From NCBI GenBank assembly GCA_016748015.1, contig JAAOMT010000436.1:2063071-2127070 (forward strand): 64,000 nt of DNA, in the 5' to 3' direction. The translations under genes were made by a program, and so were the position numbers. The notes under the pieces were generated by a model. That model ran no database searches and was not told the DNA's origin. It saw nothing but the letters and a program-made list of their open reading frames with translations. Each line of letters opens with the position of its first letter. Within the stretch, counting starts at the first letter, position 1. Shown in pieces: positions 37,601 to 50,244 of the stretch. This DNA is from Geosiphon pyriformis uo1. Lineage: Eukaryota > Fungi > Glomeromycota.

Positions 37601-40600
37601 TCCTTCGTCAAGCAACTGTTTGCCACAAGTGAAACATGGTTTGTTGTTCTATTTGTCTTGTCTTTTTGGGTAGCCATACTGTTCGCAATGGCAAGACTTA
37701 CAATAATAGTGGGTTTACGTCCAGTAATTTTTGTTTGGTGCAATCCAAGCTCCCATGGAAGAAAGTTTCTTCTCACAATTTTTGTATTTGAGCAGTATGT
37801 GTGGTGATTGTGGCAGTGGCTCATGGATGGAGTACAAATTTGTTCAGCCACTGGTTACTTGAGGTGTGTTAGTGGTTTGTTCAGGTGACTTGTTTTTCTT
37901 TTTTCCTTTCCTTTTTTCTTTCCAGCTGGTTGTCAGTGTGAATTTGCTTTCATCATCTTTGTTCTAAGAATTGATAGTGGTTTCCCAGGTATGTTCTTCT
38001 TTCTGCTTTCCTTTTTTATGGTCGTTTTTGTCCCAGGCTAGTATGGACAGCAGTTCATTGTGGTCGACATCGGCCCATAAAACCTGATACACTTCCTATA
38101 TTGGTTTCTTTGCTTCCTCCTTAAATTCGATCAGTGGCTGCAAGTTGGTTGGTTTAAAGTGACCACATACTGCTGGTGCCCAAGTATGTTGATCATTTTA
38201 GCTTAGTTGAAGCTTTTGTATCATCCAATCGAGTATGGTATTTGTTTTGGATAGCCAATCATTTCCAACAAAAGCTTGGTACTGAGTAGCTTCCATCACA
38301 AGGACTTTGATGGATATTGTGATGCCATTAATTTCAATAGATAGGTTGTCTATTTTGCCTATTGAAGTTTTGGTCATTCCATCAGCTGTAATGATCTTTG
38401 CACTAGCAGCTTAGTTAACTTGACGACCTAATTAATCCATGAGTTGCTTTGTTATGATGCTGCCAGCTGATCCACTATCTAAGATCAGTTTGATGGCATG
38501 GCCATCAATTTTGGCATCCGTATACATGACAGTGATTGGCTTCTCTTCAAGAGCTGCTCTACTGAACAATGGGATTTCAATTGTTTCTTTCAAGTCGAAG
38601 GGAAAGATGGCCGTGAGCAATTCATTGTTGGTAACAGTTGTTGATGAAATGTTGTTGGTAAGTGCTTGTTGTTAGTTGGATCCTGAATTGTTGGTAGTGG
38701 CATCTTCTGGGCTAATCAGGAGACTTAAATAGTTCTGGAAATTCAGGTTTTGGGTGACACCAGTATCTGAATTCCAAGAATGCAATCCTGATGATGCATT
38801 GGAAGAACTGGGGATCAGTTGGTGGACAACCATTGCCAATCTCCAGTTTTGTTGTGTTATTCTCAGTCTTTGGGTTTTGTATTGAGGTAAGTTTTAGAGT
38901 GGTGTTTGAATGGTTTGAGATTGATAGATTACTTGTGGCTGTGGTTAATATATTATGGATGGCTGTAGTTAATATATTGCTGGTGGCTGTGATTGATAAA
39001 CTGGGGTCTGATATACTGGTGCTTAATAAATTGGCTGCTGTGTCATTGATAGGTAAGTGTTTTGGTATTGATCTTGATTTTGATATTGATTTTGGGTTTG
39101 GAATCAGGGATTGGGGTTTTAATGTTGATTTCCCGATCATCGGTTATAAGCATTGCAGTTGGCTCTTATGTGATCTTGTTTATCACAGTTGTGGCAGACA
39201 CACGTTTTCTGCTGTCATGGTTGATTATTTGATGATGATGAACATGCTTGATTTTGGAAATGATTGGCATTTTTCTGATTACTGCGTCTTTGGGGAGGTT
39301 GATAAATGGACTGATGGTTGTTAGCTAAATATCTCTTGATTTTCTGATTGATGATATTACTGATTTGCTTCAATTTGGAATTCAAATTAGATGATCTATT
39401 TATTACTAAATTTACAGCTTGAGCATGGTTGGCTTTTAGCTCAGCTGATTTGAAATCTCTGGCATGTGTAACTGCGGCTTGAAGGTTGGCTGGATGTAAT
39501 GGGCATACGTGTTGCAAAATGCTACTGCACAGACCATGAATAAACTGGTTGAGGATCTGGGGTTCTGTGAAATACATGGCATTGATGGCTTGAATTTGGC
39601 ATAGGACTCTATGAAAGCATTCTAGGTATGTTGTAACTGCTTCAGTATTATTCTGTTTGATTGTGATAAAAGTATTGGTTAGACAATTAATACTATTATT
39701 GTTGCTAAAATAGCCCAAAAAGGCAGTTTTGAATTGTTGAAATGTTTGTGGTCTGGCAGCTAAATTCTGGTACCAAGAATCAGCAGTTTCTTTGAGAAAG
39801 TATGGTATCACCTGTAGGGCTCTGGCATCATCCTAATTGTTCACTATGATGGTCTTGGAGACATCATTGATCCATGCTTGAGTATCATCTTCTTTGCTGG
39901 TAAAGTTTTCTAACTTTGTGATGGGTGCATAGGCCATTTGGTTTACGTTTAATAGTTGTGGTGGCTGTTAAAGCGGTTGTTGTTGCACAGGTTGTTGGAG
40001 TGGTAGTTGAAGTGGCTGCTGTACAGGTTCGGCTATTAGATTAATTAGTGGTTGATCGATGACAATTACTGAAGGTAAGTTTTGTTGATTTATTAAATCA
40101 GAGTTTTGATTATTCTGATTTGGTAGGGTTTGAATATTTGGAGTGTCATTTTCCTGATTGTCCAAATTTGGCTGGGTTTGAAAGTTTGGAGTTTCAATTT
40201 CTGGGTTTTTTAGAATCAGGTTTTGGTAAGTAAATTCTTGATCTTCACTTCCTTCCTCTTTTTCCTCTGATAATTCTCACAGAGTAGTGGCTTTGAAATC
40301 TGGTTGGAGTAATGGTGATCAAATTTTTGATGGTGATGGAGATCGTGATTTAAATCTTTCAAAATACACGCCATATGGTTCTAGTAAGTCTTCTTTCTGT
40401 TGTTTGCTTTGAAACTAAAATCTTCCAAATGTTAATGTTGCATTTAATGTGGACATGTCTGCTGATGAAATGTTGATAGCACTTCCAGGTGTGTAGTAAT
40501 ATAATGGAGCAGTTAGTGATTCTATTCTGTGTTTTTTCCAACTAGGTAACTGTATTTCTTTTGGTGTTGCTGCTGGTGTTTGAATTTTTCCTTTACCTTT

Positions 40601-40915
40601 GTCTGCATAGGTAATGGGAAATTGTTGTTGCATGTATCTTTCAATGGTTTAATTGATTTCCCTGATGATTGGGGCAAAACTGTAATTTCTTGATAAGCTG
40701 GTATGTTGAAATAATTCTGTATAGAAATTTTCTCTTGCTGACTCGATATTAATAGTTCTTCCTAAACAGTCTGTGATTTTATTGTTAACGTAATAGTTGA
40801 AGACTGATTCGGCTGGGTAGTAATTACTGTTTAATCCTAATTGTTGGCTGTATTGTTGAAACAAAAATTTTGCAAATCTTAAGTAGTTGGTTCCTATGTT
40901 TTCTGATTCTGCCAC
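34661..40915 (-). pseudogene. ORF1 of element C: Gag-PR-Cys-rich domain-dUTPase-RT-RNase H, 2085 codons in one frame with nonsense mutations
   Basis: Track ORFs starting at 40915, 40633, 40165, 39811, 38620, 37570, 37210, 36886, 36556, 36061, 35620 and 35401 share one frame; LILDSGSAGS, IQGFGSTG and YLDN. Confidence 0.93.
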
Positions 40916-40974
40916 TTTTAGATTTGTTTTGGTGCTGGTTCTCTGTAGGATTATACCTCACAGAGAGCACCAAA

Positions 40975-41931
40975 TGTTACAGGTGATTCTTTGGGGTGTT
41001 GAGTAAATAACAAACCTGTAACTTGGTATGCAAGCAATTGGTGACAATGATAATCTGAAGGTATTTTATCTAAAGATTTTCCAATCAAGTTCTTTATATA
41101 ATGGACAGAGATTCAATGGTAACAGTTTATCAGTAGTTTCCTAAAACCATAGTTTTGTTGATTGCTTACTCAGCTTGATGGTTGATGATTCTCCTGGTAT
41201 AATATCCTCCATAAGTGTATATTAGTACTGTTTTCTGACATCAGTTTCTCCATAAGTTCTCTAAGAGTAAGTATTGTTTAAGCAAATTTATTCCTCTGTA
41301 AGTCCTTTAAGAGTAAGTATTGTTAAGTAAGTTTTATTTTTCCATAAGTCCTCCAAAATTAAGTATTGTTAAGTAAGTTTTATTCCTCCGTAAGTCCTTC
41401 AAGAGTAAAACTTTTAATCAAGTTAGTAGATAACAAAGAAAATAAAGAAAAGATAAAAAAAAAAATAAGAAATAAGCCAAAGTGATTTGCAAGTTAGTAT
41501 TCCATCAATAGCTGTAATCAAAAGCTATTGTTCTAGTATAGTTAAGTATCCATTACTATCAACATGAAGTGTTGATAGTGAAGAATAAATTTAATATAGT
41601 GAAATAATTATTTATTTGAAGATTGTGATAACTAAGCTAAGAATTCTTGGTGTTGATTCTGTCTTTTCTGCTTCTAACACTACTGCTATATATACATATT
41701 TGAGATTTCTTAATTCTTTAATTCCTTGCAACAAGAATCCTGGAATTTCTGGAATTTTGCGATTCCTGATGAGTGGAATCCTGCAATTCCTCGTCAGAGA
41801 ATCCTGAAATTTCTGGAATCCTGCAATTCCTCTGAGAAGAATTCTGAAATTTCACATTTACTATGTCTACTTCTAATTGGCTAATCTTTACTTACTAATA
41901 ATAATATACTTCCTCTATTTTATGAGTAACA
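40975..41931 (-). repeat. 5' LTR of element C
   Basis: Adjacent to the PBS; tgttac...gtaaca. Confidence 0.95.
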
Positions 41932-42080
41932 CCATGAAAAACATTAAATACACTACAAGTAAAAAAGATTCTATCAGAAAGTAACTTAAAAAGAATTTTT
42001 CTAGCAGTCTCAATCAATGCAATTGGCTTAGTGTTAGTCAAGACATCCTCCTATTTGTAAGATTTAAGAATTAACAACAT

Positions 42081-42970
42081 TATTACAGGTAATTATTTGG
42101 GGTCTGAAAACAAATAACAAACCTGTAACTTAGTGCTTAATTAATATAGTTGGTGGTGTTGGTATCTAAAGATTTTTATAATCTAAAAGTTTTGATTGAG
42201 TTTTTTGTATAATAGACAGAGATTCAATGTTAATATTCTGTTGTAATGTTTTTAGTTTTATCTATAGCTTCTCAGAATTGCAATTCTATCAAATTTCTTT
42301 CTCAATGTAATGGCTGGTAATTTTTTTGGTAAGCTATTTTCAATTTTTGAGTGTTTTACTCTTATTTCTGAGTTTTTTACCAGTCATTTTAATGTTAATA
42401 ACTCAGCACTTAATTTTTTTAATCAATTTAATGTACAATAAAAGAAAATAAAAAAAAATAAAAAAAATAAAAGAAAATAAAAAAATAAAAAAAATAAAAT
42501 AAAAAATAAGAAATAAGTGTTTTGTTAATAGCCATGATTAAGAGCTATTGTGCCAGCAGGTTAAGTAATAGATAATAACATAAATTTGAGGATAATGGAT
42601 AATTTTATTAATATAGAAATGATTTTATTTCAAGTTATAGTATTTTATCTTTTGAAAAAAGAGTATTGTTCTAAATTAATAAAACTTTATTGAATTCTTC
42701 AAGAATTTTTGAATTCTCCAGGAATTGCTTTTTCTGTTTTTAATATTTTAGCTATATATATATAATTTATGTTATACAAGATTCCTTAAATTCTTTAATT
42801 CTCTAGCCAGAAATCCAGAAATTCTGGAATTTTGTGATTCTTCATATAAAATCCTGTAATTTTGGAATCCTGCAATTCTTTTAAAGAAATCCTGAAATTT
42901 CTTTGTTACTACACCTACTTCTAATTGGCTATTTCTCTAACTATAATATTTCTAATTTTTATAAGTAACA
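42081..42970 (-). mobile_element. Solo LTR D (890 bp)
   Basis: t(a)ttacagg...gtaaca termini; TSD ACAT/ACAC; no PBS or PPT; LINE-2 ORF2 on both sides. Confidence 0.88.
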
Positions 42971-44409
42971 ACACTCAAGTTTTTTTCTATAAGTAAAGCA
43001 CAGATTTGCACACTAAACAAAGATTCAAAATATTCAAAAGCATAATAAGCATTGAATTATTACAATGTTTTTACAGCTTATTTGTAATACCAAATAAATC
43101 TGCTGTTTTTCTATTAAGTAGATTTTTTGATCACAAGTACCAAATTATCATAATTAATAGCAGCCATATCTTTGACAAAAGCATTATCATTCACATGATC
43201 TAATGGCAAGTATTAATACTATCACAAATTGGGAACACTTTTCAATACAGCTCTTTTTCTTGTCCAATGTTACTCATAGAAAAAAAATACAAGAAAATAG
43301 TAGAAAAAACAGATAGGGAAAATAGACAAATAAGAGAATAGTATTTAGCATGTGAGCACATTGCTCAGCAATGTGAAGCATTGTCAAAGAATTATGGCAC
43401 ATTGTTCAGCAATGAGCACATTGTCAGAAATTACAGGCACATTGCTCAACAATGTAAATATTGCTTGAGAAATTATGGCACATTGTTCACGAATGTGCAG
43501 AATCTCATATAACATAAATTATATATATATAGTAAGAATGTTAAAAGCAAAAAAAGTAATTCCAGAAGAATTCAAGAATTCCTGGAGAATTCAATAGAGT
43601 TTTATTAATTTAGAACAATCTCCTTTCTTTTTTATTTATTAACCCTTATTTCAAAGATAGTTGCTATCAACTGAAATGAAATTATATAAATAAAAGATCT
43701 TTTCAATTCTTCAAATCCATGTTATTGTTGTTTGTTTAAAAATATAATCACTCTTCCATTTATTAACACTTTATGTTGATAAAATCCAATACTTAACCAT
43801 ACTGAAACAATAGCTCTTGATCATGGCTATTGACGAGATACTAACTTGAATTGCCTTGGCTTATTTCTAATTTTTTATTTTCTTTTTATTTTATTTTCTT
43901 TTATTTTATTTTCTTTTGTTTGTTAATTTATTACTGATTTAAGAGATTAAACACTGAGTAATTAATGTCAAGAATAGCCTGGTGAAAGACCGAGAAATAA
44001 GAGTAAAATTATATATATTAACAGATAGCTTACCAGAAAGGCATGACTGCCAAATTAAACCGGCCATCATGCTGAAGACAGAAATTGGAAAAACGACTTG
44101 AGAAATCAACCAAAACCAACTATAGTGAATCTTTGTCCATTATACAAAGAACTCCACAACAAAACCTTCAAATAAAACAACACCTTCAGATATTATCAAC
44201 AACATTATATCAATTGAGCACCAAGTTACAGGTTTGTTATTTGCTTTGAGACCCCAAATAATCACCTGTAATATTTGGTGCTCCCTGTAAGGTATAATCC
44301 AACAGAGAACCAGTATCAACAACAACCATACAAGAAAATGGCAGACCAAGAGAAAATAAGAGAAAATTACTTAGGATTTGTGAAATCTTTATTTTACCAT
44401 TACCTTTGA

Positions 44410-45150
44410 AAAACTCGTTAAATTAAAACTTCAATTATTCAAAACCTGATCATTAAAACCCTGAACATTCAAAAATTATCATTGATAAATTTATTAAACC
44501 TTGTTAAATTAAGAACTCCGATTATTCAAAACTCAATCATTAAAACTCCGAACATTTGAAAATTACTGTTGATAAATTTGTTAAAAATTCATTAAATTAA
44601 AACTCCATTTATTCAAAACCCAATCATTAAAACCCTGAACATTCGAAACTTATCATTGATAAATTCATTAAAAAACTCATTAAATTAAACTCCAATTATT
44701 CAAGACCTGATCATTAAAACCCCGAACATTTAAAATGTACCATTAATAAATTTGTTAAAACTCCATTTATTCAAAACTTGATCATTAAAACCCCAAACAT
44801 TCAAAACTTACCATTGATAAATTCGTTAAAAACTCATGAAATTAAAACTCCATTTATTCAAAACCTGATTGTTAAAACTCTGAACATTCAAAACTTACTT
44901 TTGATAAACTTGTTAAAACTCATTAAATTAAAACTCTGATTATTCAAGAACTGATTATTCAAAAAACCCAAACATTCAAAACCTGATAATTCTAACCCTA
45001 CTATCATACAAAGAAACTTACCATCAATAAAACTCATTAAACCTCTAGCAATTTAAACTCCGGAAATTATTCAAAAACCTGAACATTCAAAGTTTGATAA
45101 ATTCCAAACCTCATAATTATACAAGGAAACTTACCTCCAATAATCCAATT
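44410..45150 (+). repeat. Tandem array, ~70-88-bp unit, ~7-9 copies, inside E
   Basis: Recurrent ctcattaaattaaaactcc...attattcaa...atcattaaaacc.tgaacattc...attgataaatt at ~44414, 44500, 44588, 44676, 44833 and 44919. Confidence 0.85.
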
Positions 45151-45304
45151 AAACCTAATTTCCATAGTACCAATAAATCAGCAAAACTCATCTGACAGCC
45201 CTGAGTCAGAATATTGGGATGTAATCACAATTCACTCTTATGTGTCATATATTTGAAGAAGAGCCAATCAGCAAGAACAAATTGGAATTGGAATCGGAAC
45301 TTAA

Positions 45305-45505
45305 TTCTGATTCAAACTCCACTGATGACAGCAACAATTCAAACCCTACTGATGACAACAACGATTCAAACTCTGTTGATGACAACAACAATTCAAACTC
45401 TACTAATGACAACAATGATTCAAACTCTGCTGATGACGACAACAATTCAAACTCCACTAATGACAATGATGATTTAAACTCTGCCAACAACAAATTCAAA
45501 CTCCA
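45305..45505 (+). repeat. 30-bp minisatellite (SNSTDDNND-type), ~6 copies, inside E
   Basis: Repeated ttcaaactc.actgatgacaacaac; derived from the N/D/S-rich linker at ~7920-8030 of B. Confidence 0.85.
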
Positions 45506-48500
45506 TTTTAAACACCGAACAATATATCACACTTCTAGATCTTACAATGAAGCAAGAATTAACTAAATTCAGTGATAATAATGAGGACATTATGTCTGAA
45601 CATGCACATAATACAGATGCAAGATTTGAAATTGATATTCTGGACAGACTGCTATAGTTAAAAACTCCAGTTACATATAAAATTAGATTTACAAATAGCA
45701 ATAGAAATTACAGCAACAACATTAATACAAAAGAGAAATTTAGAAGATTGTACAGAAGCTCAATATTAAAGAAAGGAATAATATTACTCATAGAAAAAGA
45801 ATACAAGAAAATAGTAGGAAAAACAAATAGAAAAAATAGACCAATAAGAAAATAGTATTTAGCATGTGAACACATTGCTCAGCAATATAAAGCATTGTCA
45901 GAAAATCACAGCATATTGTTTAGCAATAAGCACATTGTTAGAAATTACAGGCACATTGTTCACGAATGTGCAGAATCTTGTATAACATAAATTTTATATA
46001 TATAGTAAAAGTGTTAAAAGCAGAAAAAGTAATTTCAGGAGAATTCAAGAATTCTTGGAGAATTCAATAAAGTTTTATTAATTTAGAACAATTCTCTTTC
46101 TTTTCTATTTATTAACTCTCATTTCAAGGATAGTTGCTATCAACCAAAATGAAATTATATAAATAAAAGATCTCTTTAATTCTTTAAATCCATGTTATTG
46201 TTGTTTGTTTAAAAATATAATCACTCTTCCATTTATCAACACTTCATGTTAATAAAATCCAACACTTAACTACACTGGAACAATAGCTTTTGATTACAGC
46301 TATTGATGGAATACTAACTTGAATTGCCTTGACTTATTTCTAATTTTTTATTTTCTTTTTATTTTATTTTCTTTTATTTTATTTTTTTTGTTTGTTGACT
46401 TACTACTGATTAAAAAAATTAAACACTGAGTAATTGACGTCAAAGATAGTTTGGTAAAAGACCCAAAAATAAGGGTAGAATTATATATATTAATAGATAG
46501 TTTACCAGAAGGGCACAACTGTCAGATTAAACCAGCCACCATGCTGAAGACAAAAATTGGAAAAACGACTTGAGAAATTAACCAAAACCAATTATAGTGA
46601 ATTTCTGTCTATTATACAAAGGACTCCACAATAAAACCTTCAGATAAAACAACATTTTTAGATATTACCAACAATATTATATCAATTGAGTACCAAGTTA
46701 CAGGTTTGTTATTTGCTTTGAGACCCCAAATAATTACCTATAACACCAATCTTTTATAATTGTATTAATCTTAAGTTTAATATCAACTGGATCAAGAATC
46801 AAACTACTATTATTAACCAAATAATCCAATACCACTTTTTGAAAAGAACACTCCAACATATTTCAGATAGTGTAATCTTTGTTAACCACAAAACTTACTA
46901 TCTGTTTATCAATGGCAGACTTAATGCCTATTTTCTTAGCTCTTAATAATTCAGCAAGTTTAGAAACATAATACATTTTTCTCAAACCACAAAGAACAGA
47001 ATACACATAATCCAAATTCACACCAGAATCCACAAGATTCTGAATAACTAAAGTTTTAACACTGTCTAAAGAAATTCAGCATTCCAATAAGGAAGCAAAT
47101 CTGTTATTATCCTTGTCATAAGAAGTCTTAACAATTTTTGAGACCAAAATTTCTAACTTATGAAACTTGAAAAACTCTTTGGTAAAAACATTATCAAAGT
47201 TTTTAAACCACCTTCTCTTGAATGTCTTATCAGTTAAAAGAGTCACAATTTTGCAAACAATATCTCACATAGCATTCAGATCCAAGAACTTTTTAAAAGT
47301 AATAAACTCCTTAGAAAACATCACAGTATTAACAGCCATAGCTTCTCTAAAATTGCTCTATTTGACTTTATTAGCATTTTTAATATCAAACTTTCAATAA
47401 TTTTTATTCACTTGTTTGTGCAAAACATTTAATTACATATCCAACAAGTCCTCCAAATCTACAGAAACAGAAACAGCTTGATGATTAATGTCAAAATATT
47501 TTCCAATATTATCAATATTATAATTTACTATCAAATTAATCAAATTTGAAAAAATGAACACATAATCAATTGTTTTTATGATGCCTCTAGAATTTTCCCA
47601 AGTTGGCTTATTTGCAACCAAACTACCAGCCAATGAATTAATCAATCCCAAACTAAGACATTTTTTAAAGCTAGCACATCTATATAAACTATTCTTATTA
47701 AAATTTCTATTCAAGATAATAAAAAAAGATTTGTTTACAGTCTTAGCAATCAAAAAATTAATTTTACCAGCTTGAGAAAAACAAATTGCCAGGAATACCT
47801 CAACATAAAGCCCCAAAATTGAAACAGAAAGTTTATTTTTAAAAAACAACTTGATAGAAAAGAGCCAACTAAGTATTTTAGAAACTTTGCACACATGTTT
47901 TGCCAAGACAACATTCATAACAATTGCAACTTCAGAACCCAAGTAACTAGAATCCAAACCAAAAGTAAACACCTAACCACCATTGTTTTTAATCTATAGA
48001 CAAACTCTTTCCCTTAACTTTGTTTTAGTAACAATAGAAATTATATTGTTTATATCTTTGTGCCAATGAATGACATCCTTCTGCTTGGCAGAATTGTTTA
48101 TTCCTTTAACATTACATGTGGCAATCTTCTACACTAGACTACTTATTGAGAAGAGAGTTGGAAAAACATACCACCAGCCAAAACCAAACTATTGAAGTAA
48201 GCTGACAAACTCAGAACTGAGGCAGAGAGACCTTCTAACATATTTTCTAATTTAACCACTTCAGAAAAGGCAGACAGATCCAAAACTGCAGCAGTCTTAC
48301 CACTAGCAGTCTTACCCAAGCCCTCTCTTATCACTACATTATCCATCTGATTCTGTAATAGAGAAGTTACTAACAGCTAATATTTAAAACTAAACTGAGA
48401 AACTGCCAGCACAAGTAATTCTAACCTCTTAACCAACTTACTAATTTGTCCTGCAAGGCTGGTAAGATTGCTTTCAATATTAACCAAACATAATTTCAAC

Positions 48501-50244
48501 TTATTAACAATAGGCAAAGAAAGTTTTATCTCCAAAAAAAAATCAGAATTAGCCAAATCATTGCATGTAAAAAGAGAGGAGAAAGAAGACCTATCAACAA
48601 TTTTTGTTCAAAAAACACCACCAAAAGAAACAGAGCAAACAATTAATACTAAACATTTGGCATAAATTGATGTCAGCCTGTTTTTATTCTCCTTAAATAG
48701 CACTCTATAAGAAGAAGTGCCAAGAGAATTTTTTTTATCAAAAGTATAGCCTAATAATGTGTAACCCAATTTTTCATACTTAGCATATTTGGCAGAGCTT
48801 AATTAAGACCAACATAGAGTAGCATTCTGTAGTACTAGTGTGGTTCCTATAATAACATCCAGAAAAGCTACAGAATCAAAACAAACAATTACACACCTGG
48901 CCCAAGTATAAATAACTGGATAACAGTTGATGACACATGTTTTTCCACCTACTAAGCTGATGTAATTTCAAATATTATGTGCATTAGTTTTTATCAATAA
49001 AGTATAGAACAATGCTCTATAATTATCTTTTTTATTTCAAGATTTTTTGTTCTTATCAGATCTGGCAACATATACAGCATTTTTTTTAATTAAGATAAAC
49101 CACTTTGCTGTGACCAAATTAGCATGATCTAATTGCTTAAACTCAACCATAATCTTTTGCCAAAGTCCCACCAACTGCATCTTGATCGACTTAATTATTC
49201 CAAACTTGGACAGTGCAGTGTATACAGTCTCAGTTAATGTTCCAACTGAAATTTCTCTTATCACTACAGCCCAATCTGAACAATCAGCAGATTTCTTGAA
49301 ATTGATGTTTATTAAAATCTTTACACTTTTTGCTTTTTTAACAGCCTAACCTAAGCTAGATTCAAAAGTGAATGTTACTCTGATAATTCCAGCAAATTTT
49401 GAGGAAGTAAATGCCCCTCCAAAACCATTAACTTTTGAAAATAATTTTTTAATAACCACAAGCTTTTCTTGAACTAACTTTTCAACAATATTGTCAAGAC
49501 TAATATCCAAAGCAAAAGACTTTCTAACTAATACATTAACCAGATTTTTTAGAAAGAAGGAAAACCACAGGACTATTTAAGAGAATGTTATTATCAACAT
49601 CATTGCTTAAAAAGTTGATTTTGTCTAATGATTTGCCTAGTAACTAACTTAGATTTTTTTGGTATTTGGTTCATATTTTTTTCTTCTAAAACATCTTTTT
49701 TATCATAATTTATATTAGTTTCCTTAACCAAGAACTTTTTCTCCATATTGACATTATCAGATTTGATGGTATTATTAGTTTCAAACTCTTAAGAACATCC
49801 GACCAGTTTATTAGACTAAATTATCTTATAAGTAGCACTATCTTTTAGAACACCTCTTTTTCTCTTTTCTTAGAGACAACACTTTCACTAACAGTATCAA
49901 AACCAAAGTCTTTAACAGTCTTTTTCATAATAGCAATACTACAGCCAACAGTGGCCTTAAAATCAAGCAAGAATGGTTTGGATTTATTGTACTAAATTGC
50001 TAAAAACTTCTTTCAAAAAACTTTTAATTCTTTTTTAAGAATTTGAAACAAAAGAGAGAAAAAAGTTTTTAATATTTTAAATAATAATTTAAGTTAAAGT
50101 ATAAATATTATTTAAATTTTTATAATAAAAATAAAAAAATATTAATTCTAAATAAGTTTGTTAATAACAATAATTAATATAATTTAATTAAATAATAATA
50201 AATATTTTTTGTATTTTATTTATTATTACTTGTATATGTATATA

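Larger units (their letters stand above)
31548..41931 (-). mobile_element. Complete Ty3/gypsy element C (10,384 bp), same family as B
   Basis: LTRs 40975..41931 (5') and 31548..32520 (3'); TSD CCAT (31544-47 and 41932-35); PBS 40956-40972; PPT ~32521-32535. Confidence 0.97.
43268..46745 (+). mobile_element. Non-autonomous LTR element E (3,478 bp; LTRs 43268..44273 and 45782..46745)
   Basis: TSD CCAA; PBS tggtgctccctgtaagg; PPT aaagaaaggaataa; 1.5-kb interior of gag/pol scraps and tandem repeats, with no RT or IN. Confidence 0.93.
28580..50066 (-). mobile_element. LINE-2, full length (ORF1 ~49928..48143; ORF2 APE-RT-RNaseH-zinc finger ~48146..28713; A-tail ~28580), interrupted by C, D and E
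   Basis: Segments 28580-31547, 41932-42080, 42971-43267 and 46746-50066 rejoin in order; LQDIRKAYDSV, FVDN, YTDGSL..STLVEL..YSNSQAAL and CFYC....HFFVC. Confidence 0.92.

Noticed and set aside
38791-39324. Antisense and alternative-frame ORFs over the gag Q/P-rich region (also 5684..6154, 5868..6209, 38712..39140)
   Set aside because: Shadows of low-complexity YQP repeats; the true frame is the stop-broken gag frame that continues into the protease
44410-45150. CRISPR-like array
   Set aside because: Whole units repeat with no unique spacers, there are no cas genes, and the context is a eukaryotic TE
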